A stretch of DNA of 64,000 nt from an uncultured Gemmatimonadales bacterium (lineage in GTDB: Bacteria > Gemmatimonadota > Gemmatimonadetes > Gemmatimonadales > Gemmatimonadaceae): positions 2,080,001 through 2,144,000 of the forward strand of contig CAWKMU010000003.1 in assembly GCA_963850905.1 (NCBI GenBank), given 5' to 3'. The position numbers and the translations under genes were made by a program. The notes under the pieces are model-generated. The model was given only the letters and a program-made list of their open reading frames with translations, had not been told where the DNA came from and made no database searches. Shown here one piece after another: positions 1 through 10,164 of this stretch (position 1 is the stretch's first letter; every line of letters begins with the position of its first letter).

Positions 1-639
1 CCCATCCGCGTGTCCGCGCTGCCGAAGGAGAGCCGTCTCCTCGTCACTGGCCTGGGAGACGAGGGTGGCGAGTACGCGCCTGTCTCACCGGGGCTTTTCC
101 AGCAAGTCGAGGGTCATCGGCAAATCGCCTTCCGGGTGGATTCGCTGGCGCACGTGATGCGCCTCTCGGCGGACGACTTGCCGTTCATGGGGACCGAGCC
201 TGTGCCGTGGAATGAGATGCCCTCACGCTGGTACACGGTGATGGGCATCAGCACGCTGCTATTCATTGGTGTGCTCATCAACCTCTTCTATGGTCGCGGC
301 GATATTCGCGCCATGCCGCCCGAGGACAAGCGTGCCGTACGGCTTGGCGGGCTGACGGCTGCCTGGTACTTCCTGACGCTGATCGCGATCGGCGGGGTCA
401 TCGCTGCCAACTCGTCGACCCTCGGAGGCCAGATCCCGACATCCCTTCGTGTCGTTCTCGCCATGCCACTGGTGTTCGTGCTGCTGACGGTGCTCCTGGT
501 GTGGGCCACGATCCGCGTGTGGATGCGGGGCTCGTGGACGTGGGGACGGCGCACGCGTTTCAGCCTGGTCACGCTGGCCGCGGTACTGGTGTGCCTCTTC
601 TTCAATACCTGGAACCTGCTGGGTTGGCGCTTCGGCTGA
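1..639 (+). CDS. C-terminal part of a membrane-anchored protein, probably a beta-lactamase-family serine hydrolase with a C-terminal TM bundle (5' end outside the window)
   Basis: Frame is open from base 1. About four hydrophobic helices end in ...FFNTWNLLGWRFG, a tail I associate with serine hydrolase-TM fusions; the catalytic domain is not visible. Confidence 0.55.
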   Translation, partial: PIRVSALPKESRLLVTGLGDEGGEYAPVSPGLFQQVEGHRQIAFRVDSLAHVMRLSADDLPFMGTEPVPWNEMPSRWYTVMGISTLLFIGVLINLFYGRGDIRAMPPEDKRAVRLGGLTAAWYFLTLIAIGGVIAANSSTLGGQIPTSLRVVLAMPLVFVLLTVLLVWATIRVWMRGSWTWGRRTRFSLVTLAAVLVCLFFNTWNLLGWRFG

Positions 640-668
640 CCCGCAGGCCCAGTCGTCGACACGTGATT

Positions 669-694
669 GACGGGCGCGCACGGGCGCGCCCGTC
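669..694 (+). terminator. GC-rich hairpin, possible terminator
   Basis: GACGGGCGCGC-acgg-GCGCGCCCGTC is a perfect 11-bp stem 30 nt after the stop at 639; only a weak pyrimidine tail follows. Confidence 0.4.
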
Positions 695-734
695 GCTTCC
701 TTGCCCCCGCCCGATTCGCGGTACACCCTTCGGC

Positions 735-2918
735 ATGCCAATACGCCCTCTTGTGATCTCAGCTGCGCTGGCAGCATTCGTCGCCACAACGGGTTCAGCG
801 CGCGCGCAGACGCCGTCGTCCTTCACGGTGGCACAGATCCTCAGCTATCCCTACCCGTCGGAACTCGTGGCGGCGCCAGCCGGCGCGCGCATCGCGTGGG
901 TCATCGACAAGCAGGGCGTCCGCAACATCTGGGGCGCGGACGGCCCGACGTTCGCCGCGCGGCGGGTAACTGCCTACTCACAGGATGATGGGCAGGAGCT
1001 GACCAACCTCTCCATCACGCGCGACGGACAGACGATTGTTTACGTGCGCGGCGGCGATCATGACGCGAACTGGCCGGCGGAGGCCGGGCTCGCCCCCGAC
1101 CCAGCGGCATCCGCAATGCAGCCGAAGGTTCAGATCTGGGCGGTGCCGTTCGCCGGTGGTACGCCTCGGCTCCTCGCGGATGGCGATGAGCCGGCGATCT
1201 CTCCGCGCGGCGACGCCGTGGCCTTCATTCGTGATCACAAGGTCTGGTCCGTACCACTCGACGGGAGCAAGCCCACCGGGACCCTCGTATTCGATCGAGG
1301 GAACGCGAGCGCGCTGACCTGGTCCCCGAATGGCGATGCGCTCGCATTTGTCTCGACACGCGGCGATCACAGCTTCATCGGGATCTTCACATCCGATAGC
1401 GCGCCCGTGCGCTACCTGGCGCCCTCGACGACGCGCGACGATGATCCGGTCTGGTCGCCCGACGGTCGGCAGATCGCATTCGTCCGCCGGCCGGGGGCTG
1501 GCGGTGCGCCCCGAACGCTACTCGAGCGACATCCCGACCCGTGGGCGATCTGGGTCGCCGATGCAGCGACTGGCGATGGGCACGCGGTATGGACGAGCCC
1601 CGAGACCCTGCGAGGCTCCGAGAGCCGAGTGGGTGATGGAGCCCACCTCGCGTGGCTGACCGGCGATCGCATCCTGTATCGAGGAGAGCTCGACGGCTGG
1701 CCCCATCTCTACGCCGTGCGGCTGGCTGGGGGCGAGCCGACGCGACTCACATCCGGATCATTCATGGTCGAGGATGTCGCGCAGGCCCCCGGCGGATCAT
1801 TCGTGGTCTACAACGCGAACACAGGGCGCGACTCCAGCGACGACGACCGCAGGCACCTGTATCGGGTGAACGCGAGTCAAATGGCACCGGTTCCGCTCAC
1901 GACCGGCGATGGAATCGAGTGGGGGGCTGTCGTCACCGGTGATGGGCGGACGGTCGCGTTCATCGGCGCGGGCTCTCGGACCCCGCCGCTCGTGTCCGTG
2001 CTGCCAGCGGATGGTGGCTCGCCCCGATCGCTCACGCCAAACGAGATCCCCGCAGACTTCCCCACGGCGCAGTTGGTCGTACCGCGCAAGGTTGTGTTTC
2101 GCGCGGAGGACGGTCTATTGGTGCATGGCCAGCTGTTCGAGCGGCCCGGGGCCGGTAAGAGGCCGGCGCTGATTTTTGTACATGGTGGGCCGCCGAGACA
2201 AATGCTGCTGGGCTGGCATTACATGGACTACTACTCCGGTTCGTACGCGATGAACCAGTACTACGCCAACCATGGGTATGTAGTGCTGAGCGTCAACTAC
2301 CGGCTCGGCATCGGTTATGGCCACGAGTTCCATTACGCAGCGGACGCAGGCCCCTTCGGCGCATCCGAGTACCGCGATGTGCTCGCAGGCCGCGCGTTCC
2401 TCGCGACCCTGCCAGAGGTCGACAGCGCGCACGTCGGCATCTGGGGTGGCTCCTACGGCGGCTTCCTCACCGCGCTGGCGCTGGCCCGCAACTCCAACCT
2501 GTTTGCGGCCGGGGTGGATCTCCACGGTGTGCACAACTGGGTATCGGACGACGCCAGTCGGTTCGCTGTGCTGCAGCAGCGCTTCGAGCACGCCGACATC
2601 GATCGCGCGATGCAGGTGGCCTGGGAATCATCGCCCGTCGCGTCGATCTCGACCTGGCGCTCGCCCGTGCTGCTGATCCAGGGAGACGACGACCGCAACG
2701 TCCACTTCAGCGAGATGGTCGATCTCGTGCAGCGTCTCACGGCCGCGTCGGTGCCGTACCAACAGCTCGTCATTCCGAACGAGATCCACGGCTTCCTGCG
2801 CTACCAATCCTGGCTCACGGCTGACAACGCCGCGGTCCGGTTCTTCGACGCGACGCTGCGGGGCGAGAAGGTCGCAGGCGCTACGGCTACGGGCCCCACA
2901 ACAATGGCCCGACCCTAG
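735..2918 (+). CDS. Secreted S9 (prolyl oligopeptidase / acylaminoacyl peptidase) family peptidase with TolB/PD40 beta-propeller
   Basis: Signal peptide MPIRPLVISAALAAFVATTGSARAQ; WSP(D/N)G repeats; VHGGP; GIWGGSYGG (Ser), QGDDDRNV (Asp), EIHGF (His). Confidence 0.9.
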   Translation: MPIRPLVISAALAAFVATTGSARAQTPSSFTVAQILSYPYPSELVAAPAGARIAWVIDKQGVRNIWGADGPTFAARRVTAYSQDDGQELTNLSITRDGQTIVYVRGGDHDANWPAEAGLAPDPAASAMQPKVQIWAVPFAGGTPRLLADGDEPAISPRGDAVAFIRDHKVWSVPLDGSKPTGTLVFDRGNASALTWSPNGDALAFVSTRGDHSFIGIFTSDSAPVRYLAPSTTRDDDPVWSPDGRQIAFVRRPGAGGAPRTLLERHPDPWAIWVADAATGDGHAVWTSPETLRGSESRVGDGAHLAWLTGDRILYRGELDGWPHLYAVRLAGGEPTRLTSGSFMVEDVAQAPGGSFVVYNANTGRDSSDDDRRHLYRVNASQMAPVPLTTGDGIEWGAVVTGDGRTVAFIGAGSRTPPLVSVLPADGGSPRSLTPNEIPADFPTAQLVVPRKVVFRAEDGLLVHGQLFERPGAGKRPALIFVHGGPPRQMLLGWHYMDYYSGSYAMNQYYANHGYVVLSVNYRLGIGYGHEFHYAADAGPFGASEYRDVLAGRAFLATLPEVDSAHVGIWGGSYGGFLTALALARNSNLFAAGVDLHGVHNWVSDDASRFAVLQQRFEHADIDRAMQVAWESSPVASISTWRSPVLLIQGDDDRNVHFSEMVDLVQRLTAASVPYQQLVIPNEIHGFLRYQSWLTADNAAVRFFDATLRGEKVAGATATGPTTMARP

Positions 2919-2924
2919 CGACCT

Positions 2925-2943
2925 TGGCTCGCACAGCGAGCCA
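2925..2943. terminator. Hairpin between convergent genes
   Basis: TGGCTCGC-aca-GCGAGCCA lies between the stops at 2918 (+) and 2952 (-). Confidence 0.45.
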
Positions 2944-2951
2944 GGCGTCCT

Positions 2952-3260
2952 TTACCGCCCTCCGCTCCCCAGCTGAGGCGCCGTCGGCGCCTGTTGGCCT
3001 GGTGGGAGCGCCCGCGAGATAGCGGCCACCTCGCAGCGGAGCGCGTAGACCTCGGAACGCAGGGCCGTCACGTTGGCGTCGGTGGACGCCAGGTGCGCCG
3101 CCGCCTGATCGTCGAGCGCTCCTGCTCCTCGTCCGGCGAGCCGCCTCGCGAAGGCAGCGCGCGTCGAAGGAAACAGGAGCACGCCGAGCACGACCACAGT
3201 CGGGCCCCCAACTAGAGCGGCGAAGATCGGTATTAGAGCATAGACGATGCTCGGGTCCAC
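2952..3260 (-). CDS. Small hypothetical membrane protein (TM helix plus short coiled coil)
   Basis: GGAGG RBS just before GTG at 3260; hydrophobic N-terminus, then a heptad-like segment NVTALRSEVYALRCEVAAI. Confidence 0.6.
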   Translation of the reverse strand: MDPSIVYALIPIFAALVGGPTVVVLGVLLFPSTRAAFARRLAGRGAGALDDQAAAHLASTDANVTALRSEVYALRCEVAAISRALPPGQQAPTAPQLGSGGR

Positions 3261-3538
3261 TATGCCTCCGCTTTGGAGACCAGGCTGTCGATCATACGGC
3301 GCATCGGAAATGACACGGATAGTCGACCGTATCGCAAGCCGTGATGCTCTCACTACGCGTTGGCGGAACGACGGGTGTCAAGGAGGCGCCACGATGAAAC
3401 AGAGCTAGCCAGGACCCCGCCCGTGGTCGGACAAAACGCCTGCATGCATCGCCCAACGTGACATGCAGCGCTGGCGCCCGATGGGTGCTACCTTCTTCAC
3501 GCGCCAACGGCCGATAATTCCCAACTGAGGATACAGAT

Positions 3539-3853
3539 ATGCATGTCACGCTGATGGACGCCAATGGCTTCACGCACGATGTCCATGACATTCCCAGTCC
3601 ACTTCCCCGAGGCATGCGACGGGTGGGCGGGACCGACGCCGAACATCCCGGCGTCCGCGAGTACCACCGCGTGGGGTCCACCAGCAAGTATCGTGAAGCC
3701 ACGACGCACACGGACATGACCAAAGCCCACTGTGTCTGCGATACTTGCCCGTCGCCTCACGACCGACGAGTGCTCTTTGCAGCGCCGTACAACAATGGCG
3801 TCGCCTTTGTGTGCCTGGACTGCTACCCACGCTTCGCGGCTGCGGCTGACTGA
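3539..3853 (+). CDS. Small hypothetical protein with Cys/His motifs (possible Zn-binding)
   Basis: GAGGA RBS before ATG; HCVCDTC ... VCLDC. Confidence 0.55.
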   Translation: MHVTLMDANGFTHDVHDIPSPLPRGMRRVGGTDAEHPGVREYHRVGSTSKYREATTHTDMTKAHCVCDTCPSPHDRRVLFAAPYNNGVAFVCLDCYPRFAAAAD

Positions 3854-3903
3854 GCTTTCGACCCACACTCCGGTGGCTCACGGATTCAGGGAGGAGTAAG
3901 ACA

Positions 3904-5889
3904 GTGCACACGATGCGTCGCGTAAGAGGGATTACTGCCTGCGTGTCGGTGGTCGCCATCGTCGGCGTCGTGGGGATCCGGTGCACCGGGCAGCAAGAGA
4001 GCGGCGGCTCAGTGGCGAGCGCGAAGGCCTCCAGCTCCTCGACGGTGGCCGCGCACCCGCCGCGCACGTGGCGGGCAAAGTCGAATCGCGAAATGATGGC
4101 CATGCGCGACGGCAGCAACCCTGGCCCGGACTTCACCAAGCGCTTCAGCAAGCAGGTCGCGCAGGTCAAAATGCGCGATGGCGCGGAAATCCACACGGAG
4201 ATCTACACGCCGCTCGATCAGGCGGAGCCTCTGCCGATCATTCTGGTGCGCTCGCCGTACGGACTCAACCCCGACAAGGACGGGTATGCGGCCTGGTTGC
4301 GCGAATACCAGCACCTGATGAAGGACGGCTACATCTTCGTCTTCCAGGACACGCGAGGCCGCGGCGCGTCGACCGGGCACTACGTCTCCTTGAGCCCGAT
4401 GCGCGACACGTCCGTTCCGAACTCCACCGACGAGTCGACGGACACCTACGACTCCATCGATTGGATCATCAAGAACGTGCCGCGCAACAACGGCAGAGTC
4501 GGCACGCTTGGGATTTCATACGGAGGCTTTCTCACGACGAGAGCGCTCGTGAATCCACACCCGGCGCTCAAGGCAGCGTCACCACAGGCGACCTGCGTCG
4601 ACATGTTCACCGGTGACGATTTCCACCACAATGGTGCGTTCCGGCTCGAGTACGCCTTCATGTGGATCGCAGGCATGGAAACGGGCGTGAGCCGATCCGC
4701 GGTCCTGGGTCGATACGACAACTACGATCGCTTCCTGGAACTGGGCCCGCTCTCGAATATCAATAAGGAGATCCTTCACGGGAAAGCGCCAAGCTGGAAC
4801 GCCTTCGACCAGCACCCGAATGAGGACGCCTACTGGATGAACGAGATGTGCAGCGTACTCCCCCACATCCAAGCCCCGGTCACGGTCCCCACTCTCAACG
4901 TCGGCGGATGGTTTGACGCCGAAGACCACTTCGGCGCGATCGAAGCCTACAAGAAATACGAACAGGGGGACACGCACGGGATCAATTTTCTCGTGCTCGG
5001 GCCGTGGTTCCACGGTGGCTGGACGTTCAGCGACGGCCGAACGCTGGGAGCCGTCGATTTCGGCAGTAACACGGCCGAGTGGTATCGGGAGAACGTCGAA
5101 CGCCCGTGGTTTGCGCACTGGCTCAAGGACAAGCCCAACGTCGACTTGCCGGAGGTGCTCGCCTTCCGGACCGGGGCGAACCAGTGGGAGCACTATGATG
5201 CATGGCCCCCGAAAACCGGTATTTCAGAGACTCAACTCTACCTGCGCGCTGGCGGCACGCTGTCGTTCGATCCGCCGCCCGAGTCCGGTGCCGCGCACGA
5301 CCAGTATGTGTCGGACCCGAGCAGGCCCATCCCCTACGTGCCGCGCCCGATCACCTATGACGGCTGGCCGGAGTGGCAGCTGGCGGACCAGCGATTCGTT
5401 GACGGACGGCCAGATATTCTCACCTACCAGACCGCACCGCTCAAGCAGGATGTGACGATCACTGGCGAACCGATCGCGCACCTGTTCGCTGCAACGACGG
5501 GGTCGGATGCCGATTGGGTCGTCAAGCTCATCGACGTCTATCCCGACTCCGTCGAACCGGCGGACATGGGTGGCTTTGAGTTCATGCTGGCCGAAGAGGT
5601 GTTCCGCGCGCGGTATCGCGATGGCTTCACGGTCCCGAAGCCCGTCACGCCGGGCCAGGTCACGCCCTACACGTTCAGCCTGCGCTCACGCGACCATACG
5701 TTCAAGGCGGGCCATCGGATCATGGTGCAGATCCAGAGCACGTGGTTCCCGCTGATCGATCGGAACCCACAGACGTACGTGCCGAACATCTACGAGGCCG
5801 TGCAGGGTGACTTCCGAACCGCAACGCAGAGTATCTACCGCTCGCGCGACTACGCGTCACACGTGAGCTTGCCGGTGAACTCGCGCTGA
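3904..5889 (+). CDS. CocE/NonD family hydrolase (peptidase S15; alpha-amino acid ester hydrolase / glutaryl-7-ACA acylase-like)
   Basis: GGAGGAG RBS; MRDG, RSPY, QDTRGRGAS, GISYGGF, DDFHHNGAF, GWFDAED, GPWFHG; PepX C-terminal jelly-roll (QSTWFPLIDRNPQ). Confidence 0.92.
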   Translation: MHTMRRVRGITACVSVVAIVGVVGIRCTGQQESGGSVASAKASSSSTVAAHPPRTWRAKSNREMMAMRDGSNPGPDFTKRFSKQVAQVKMRDGAEIHTEIYTPLDQAEPLPIILVRSPYGLNPDKDGYAAWLREYQHLMKDGYIFVFQDTRGRGASTGHYVSLSPMRDTSVPNSTDESTDTYDSIDWIIKNVPRNNGRVGTLGISYGGFLTTRALVNPHPALKAASPQATCVDMFTGDDFHHNGAFRLEYAFMWIAGMETGVSRSAVLGRYDNYDRFLELGPLSNINKEILHGKAPSWNAFDQHPNEDAYWMNEMCSVLPHIQAPVTVPTLNVGGWFDAEDHFGAIEAYKKYEQGDTHGINFLVLGPWFHGGWTFSDGRTLGAVDFGSNTAEWYRENVERPWFAHWLKDKPNVDLPEVLAFRTGANQWEHYDAWPPKTGISETQLYLRAGGTLSFDPPPESGAAHDQYVSDPSRPIPYVPRPITYDGWPEWQLADQRFVDGRPDILTYQTAPLKQDVTITGEPIAHLFAATTGSDADWVVKLIDVYPDSVEPADMGGFEFMLAEEVFRARYRDGFTVPKPVTPGQVTPYTFSLRSRDHTFKAGHRIMVQIQSTWFPLIDRNPQTYVPNIYEAVQGDFRTATQSIYRSRDYASHVSLPVNSR

Positions 5890-8284
5890 CTATCGACTCA
5901 CTTGCAGGACCTGCAGCGGTGCCTTGGCGGACACCGCAGGTGGCGGCGTGCCCTTGACCACCCGCCACAAGATGTCGTTGAACACCGCGTCGTTCACACG
6001 GTCGGGGGCGCTGAAGTCGAGTCGCGACGACAGGCGCGCCGCCTCCGTCCCGGGCGGGTTCATCTCGTTCATGTCGCTCTGCGCGGCGACCGCCTTGTAG
6101 GGAGTGAGGTCCGGCGTCGAGGAGAACACATCGGTGAGTGGCCGACTGAAGTAGTCGTACTTCGATCAGATGGCCGAGGTGGAGGATGTCCTCGATCGCC
6201 GCCACCACATCGACCGTATTCACGAATCGGTGGTACGTGCCCGGCCGATTGTACGGCGACATTACGAGCAGGACCGATCAATGGCTGTCAATGTGGTCTG
6301 GCCCCGATTGGGCGTCGTCCTCGAGCACGAAGACCACCGTCTCCTTCCAGAACGGTGAGCGCGACAGAGCATCGACGATTCGGCCAAGCGCGAGGTCGTT
6401 GTCGGCCATGAATGCGCGTGGAGTGTGGAAACCGGCCCGCGCGGCCGCATTGTGATCGTTGGGGAGATGCAGGATCTCGAGGGCGGGCATCGCGCCGACC
6501 CGCACGAACCCATCGAGCTCGGCGATCCACGCATCAGCGCGCGTTTGATCGGGGATCTTGAGGTCGAAGGCTGGATAGGTTGGACTAACGTCGGGGCCCA
6601 GCCGGCGCTGGGTCGTCGGCCAGCCTTCTGATACGACCATCTCACCGTAGTCCCGGAAGGTGACTCCGTGCTTCGCTGCCAGATCCCAGAGAAATCCATC
6701 GATCGGCTCGTCGCTCTCCTCACTGTCGACGGTCTCCCGTTTGCCCGCGTATGCCGACGGAACCAGCTTCTCGCCGTAGACGGTGACGTCGGCCGCCGTC
6801 GCCCATAGGTGGCCTTGCGAGCTCACTTCACCGCTCGTGAAGAAGCGATCGTATAGTCCGAAGCGCTCGGCCAGCGCATGATGGTTGGGTGTCACACGGC
6901 GGCCAAAAAACACGAGGCTCGTGTCTCCGTCACCCGATGGGATGTCGCCGAAGAGCTGATCGTATGTACGATTTTCCTTGATGATGTAAACGACGTGCTT
7001 GAACGGCGGATAATGGCGCGGGAGCGCGCGCGTATCCCACGCACCGGCCGTGGCAACCCGCCGCGAGCCGTCAGCCAACGCCGAAGCATCGGGCCGGTTC
7101 GACGTGATGCGGAGCGTCCCGGACAGCTGGCCCAACGCGTACCCAAGCGGATGCGTGATGGGCTGGCCCGGAATCGGGCCGTCCGGATTGGGGCCGCTGC
7201 CGTGGCCCTTCCCGTTCAGGATCAGCAGGTCGCTCCCGTCATCGATCACGTCGGTTGGATACCAGTCCGTCGGCAGACGCCCCAGCAGTGGGTCGGCCGG
7301 AGCGGACGACCCGTGCCCGGCGCGTTCGGCGGAGACATCAAAGACGGCGACGGCGTTGTTGCCGGCTTCGGCGACGAACAGCTTCGATTCGTCCCGCGAC
7401 AGCGCGAGAGCGTTCGGCGCCACGCCTTCCGACGGCGCGCCCGGGGCGGCGTCGCTCAAATAGCGTACCGTGTGGGTCCGAGTGTCGACGACCGCGATCT
7501 GGTCCGTCTCACTCAGGGCAACGAAGAGTCGGGAGCCGGACGCGTTCGAGAGCAGAGCCGATGGGCGCGGACCGACGCGCAAGCGGCCGGCGTACCGCAG
7601 CCGGCCGTCGTCCATCTCATGGAACATTGATACAGTCGTCGATCCCCACGCCGACACGTAAACCATGCCATCTGGCGCGACAGCCACAGCGTATGGATAG
7701 TGGTCGGTGGCAAAACGCTGCACCACTCGCGACGAGGCGGGGTCCACGACGGCCAGGCTGTCAGCCACGTTCTCGGCGACATAGAGCAGGGCACCATGGG
7801 TAGAGAACGCGATCCCGGCGGGATAGCGGGACCCGGTTTTGTCGGCCTTCTGGGCCCCCAACACGATCTTGCGTTGAAGGACCGCCGTCGTATCGTTCCA
7901 CGAATAGCAATAAATGGCGTCCTCATTGCCGCCCGAGACGTAGAGCTCGCGACCATTCGGCGAGAAAGCGAGGCCGTAGAACGCCGCAGGCTGCTCGAGG
8001 GTTTGCGTCACGTGCCCCGATGCCAAATCGACGATTTGCAGCCCTTGCTGGCGCCACCCGCTCAGCGCGACGACGAGCTTGTCGCGCTGCGGGGCCAACG
8101 CCATGGCGAGCGGCATGCTCCCGAGCTCCACGGCCCGGCCGACTGGATCCAGGCGTGCGCCCGTCGACAGCGGGCTCGTATACGAATGAATGGCGGGCTG
8201 CTGCGCGCGCGCGCGGGTGCCGACCAGCACCCCCGCGACAGCCAGGCACACCAAGGAGCCGATATCGCGTACCCGCGACGCCAT
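5890..8284 (-). CDS. Bifunctional YncE-type beta-propeller / alkaline-phosphatase-like phosphoesterase; interrupted by an in-frame TGA (6278-6280) and a +1 frameshift (~6166)
   Basis: Signal peptide, YVTN-like propeller repeats, YIIKENRTYDQLFGD, TPNHHALA, LPNDH, DNDLALG, EDDAQSGPDHIDSH*SVLLVMSPY continuing in frame. Removing one base near 6166 joins ...HLSKYDYFSRPLTDVFSSTPDLTPY to the ORF ending at 5890 (797 aa repaired). Confidence 0.85.
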
Positions 8285-8520
8285 GCGTGTTACGACGTAC
8301 ATCGGCTTCCGATCTGCGGTGTCCAATCTGTCGTCTCCACTGCGACCGATACTGATCGATCGCTTGCGTGTGTCCGGTACCCCGATCTGCCCGAAGGGTA
8401 TCGGATGCTCCATCCAAGTTATACGGAATCGACTGTGATTGAATCGACCGTGCGCCCCGAGGGGAGTGAACGTGCACAAGCGTTAGCGGCCGGCAAATTC
8501 TGCCGCGGGGCCGCTCACAC

Positions 8521-8814
8521 GACGGGTCGTGGTCGATCGACCAGCAGCGGTACAACGCGCAGTTCGGCGGCCAACTGTGCTACGAGATCCGCGGTGGCAA
8601 GATGGTGGGGTTGCTCAAGGACGTCGCCTACCAGATCCGCACGCCCGAGTTCTGGAGCTCCATGAAAATGATCGGCGGCAAGCGCTCCTATCAGCTGGGC
8701 GGCTCGTTCGTTGATGGCAAAGGGCAGCCGGAACAAGTCAACGCCGTGAGCCACGGTACCGTGCCCGTGCTGTTCTCGCAGGTCAATGTGATCAATACTG
8801 GGAGGAAGGCGTGA
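8521..8814 (+). pseudogene. tldD: 3' remnant of TldD/PmbA family protease (tldD)
   Basis: Reads DGSWSIDQQRYNAQFGGQLCYEIRGGK...DGKGQPEQVNAVSHG, a TldD C-terminus. An in-frame TGA lies at 8467 and there is no start or N-terminal domain. Confidence 0.8.
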
Positions 8815-10074
8815 GCCCGGCTTCGCACCCAAACATTGGCCGGCGCCAGGCCATCCTCGCGACACTCGCGGCCCACAGACGTCGCGAGCCTGATGACGAG
8901 GGATTTGTTGTCTTGGCACAGGCCGAGATGCAGGATATCGCGGCACGCCGACACGCCGGTCGCCGCAGGTGTCTCGCGCTCCGAGGAGCTGGCGAGGCTG
9001 GCGCCCGATGATCCGGAAAGCATGCCGCCCCTCGGTGCGCAGATGTACCAGCCCGTTTCCGCGTTCTTCGACTCCACGGCTTCCGTGACTCCCGGTCAAC
9101 TCACCAATGCGGCGATGACTGCGCTCGGTCCTGCGCGATCGTCCACTGGTGGCTCGGCGGCCGTGGTCGCCGGCTACATCGTGCTGACGAACCAGAGTCA
9201 ACTCTCCGTCAACAAGGCGGGGATGGCTGCGTACCACCGCTCGACCGACGCCAACTACTCGCTCACCGCCAGGACCCCCGACGGACACGGCTCCGGGTGG
9301 GCGGCCGCCGACGAGCACGACTGGAGCAAAATCGATCCTCAGCAGGTGTCGGCGCGCGCGATCGAGAAAGCGCTCCGGTCACGGGACGCCGCCGCCATCG
9401 AGCCGGGGCGGTATACGGTGATCCTCGAGCCCCAAGCCGTAGGTGATCTGGTCCAGCTGCTCGACGGCTACCTTGGCGCGCGGGAGGCTGATGAGGGGCG
9501 AAGTCCGTTCACGAGGTCACGCGGGGGATCGAAGATCGGAGAGAAGGTTGCCGACGCCCGCGTGACGCTGACGTCCGATCCGGCAGACCCGCTGCTTTTA
9601 TCCGCGCCTTTCGACAGCGAGGGGTTTCCGCTGATTCGCCGCACCTGGATCAAGAACGGCGTGCTGTCGGAGATGTACTACACGCGCTTCTGGGCGAAGA
9701 AACAGGGAAAGCAACCGACTGGCCAGATGACGACGCTCAAGCTCGAAGGCGGTTCGACGAGTGTCGAGGACATGATCAAGAGCACTGACCGCGGTATTTT
9801 GGTCACGCGCTTATGGTATCTGCGTGAGGTCGATCCGCGAACGGCGCTCTTTACCGGATTGACGCGCGATGGCACGTTCTTGATCGAGCACGGGGCCGTG
9901 ACGCGGCCCGTCAAGAATTTCCGGTTCAACGAATCGCCGGTTTTCCTGCTCAACAACATCGAGGCGATCGGCCCTGCAGTCCGGCTCGCCGGGACCGAAG
10001 AAGGGGGCGATGTCGCCATGCCAACGATCAAGGCACACGACTTCAACTTCACCAGCCTATCAGACGCCGTCTAA
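8811..10074 (+). pseudogene. tldE: TldE/PmbA family protein with internal deletion and frameshift near 8945-8960
   Basis: GTG at 8811 overlaps the tldD TGA and reads ...DDEGFVVLAQAEMQDIAAR. A different frame then gives SEELARLAPDDPESMP...EPGRYTVILEPQAV...TGLTRDGTFLIE...NFRFNESP...FNFTSLSDAV. The N-terminal beta-region appears to be missing. Confidence 0.75.
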
Positions 10075-10164
10075 GGCGCGTCTCCAGCAACGACGACGAA
10101 CGCCGTCCAATTGCGCACCAGCGATCAATCGCTCGAACCGTGGGTTGCCACGGCGACGCGATGA

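Noticed and set aside
6278..6280. Selenocysteine or stop-codon recoding at the in-frame TGA
   Set aside because: The position corresponds to Arg (CGA) rather than Cys by my recall of the family, and a second lesion lies about 115 bp away. TGA also serves as a normal stop throughout the window.
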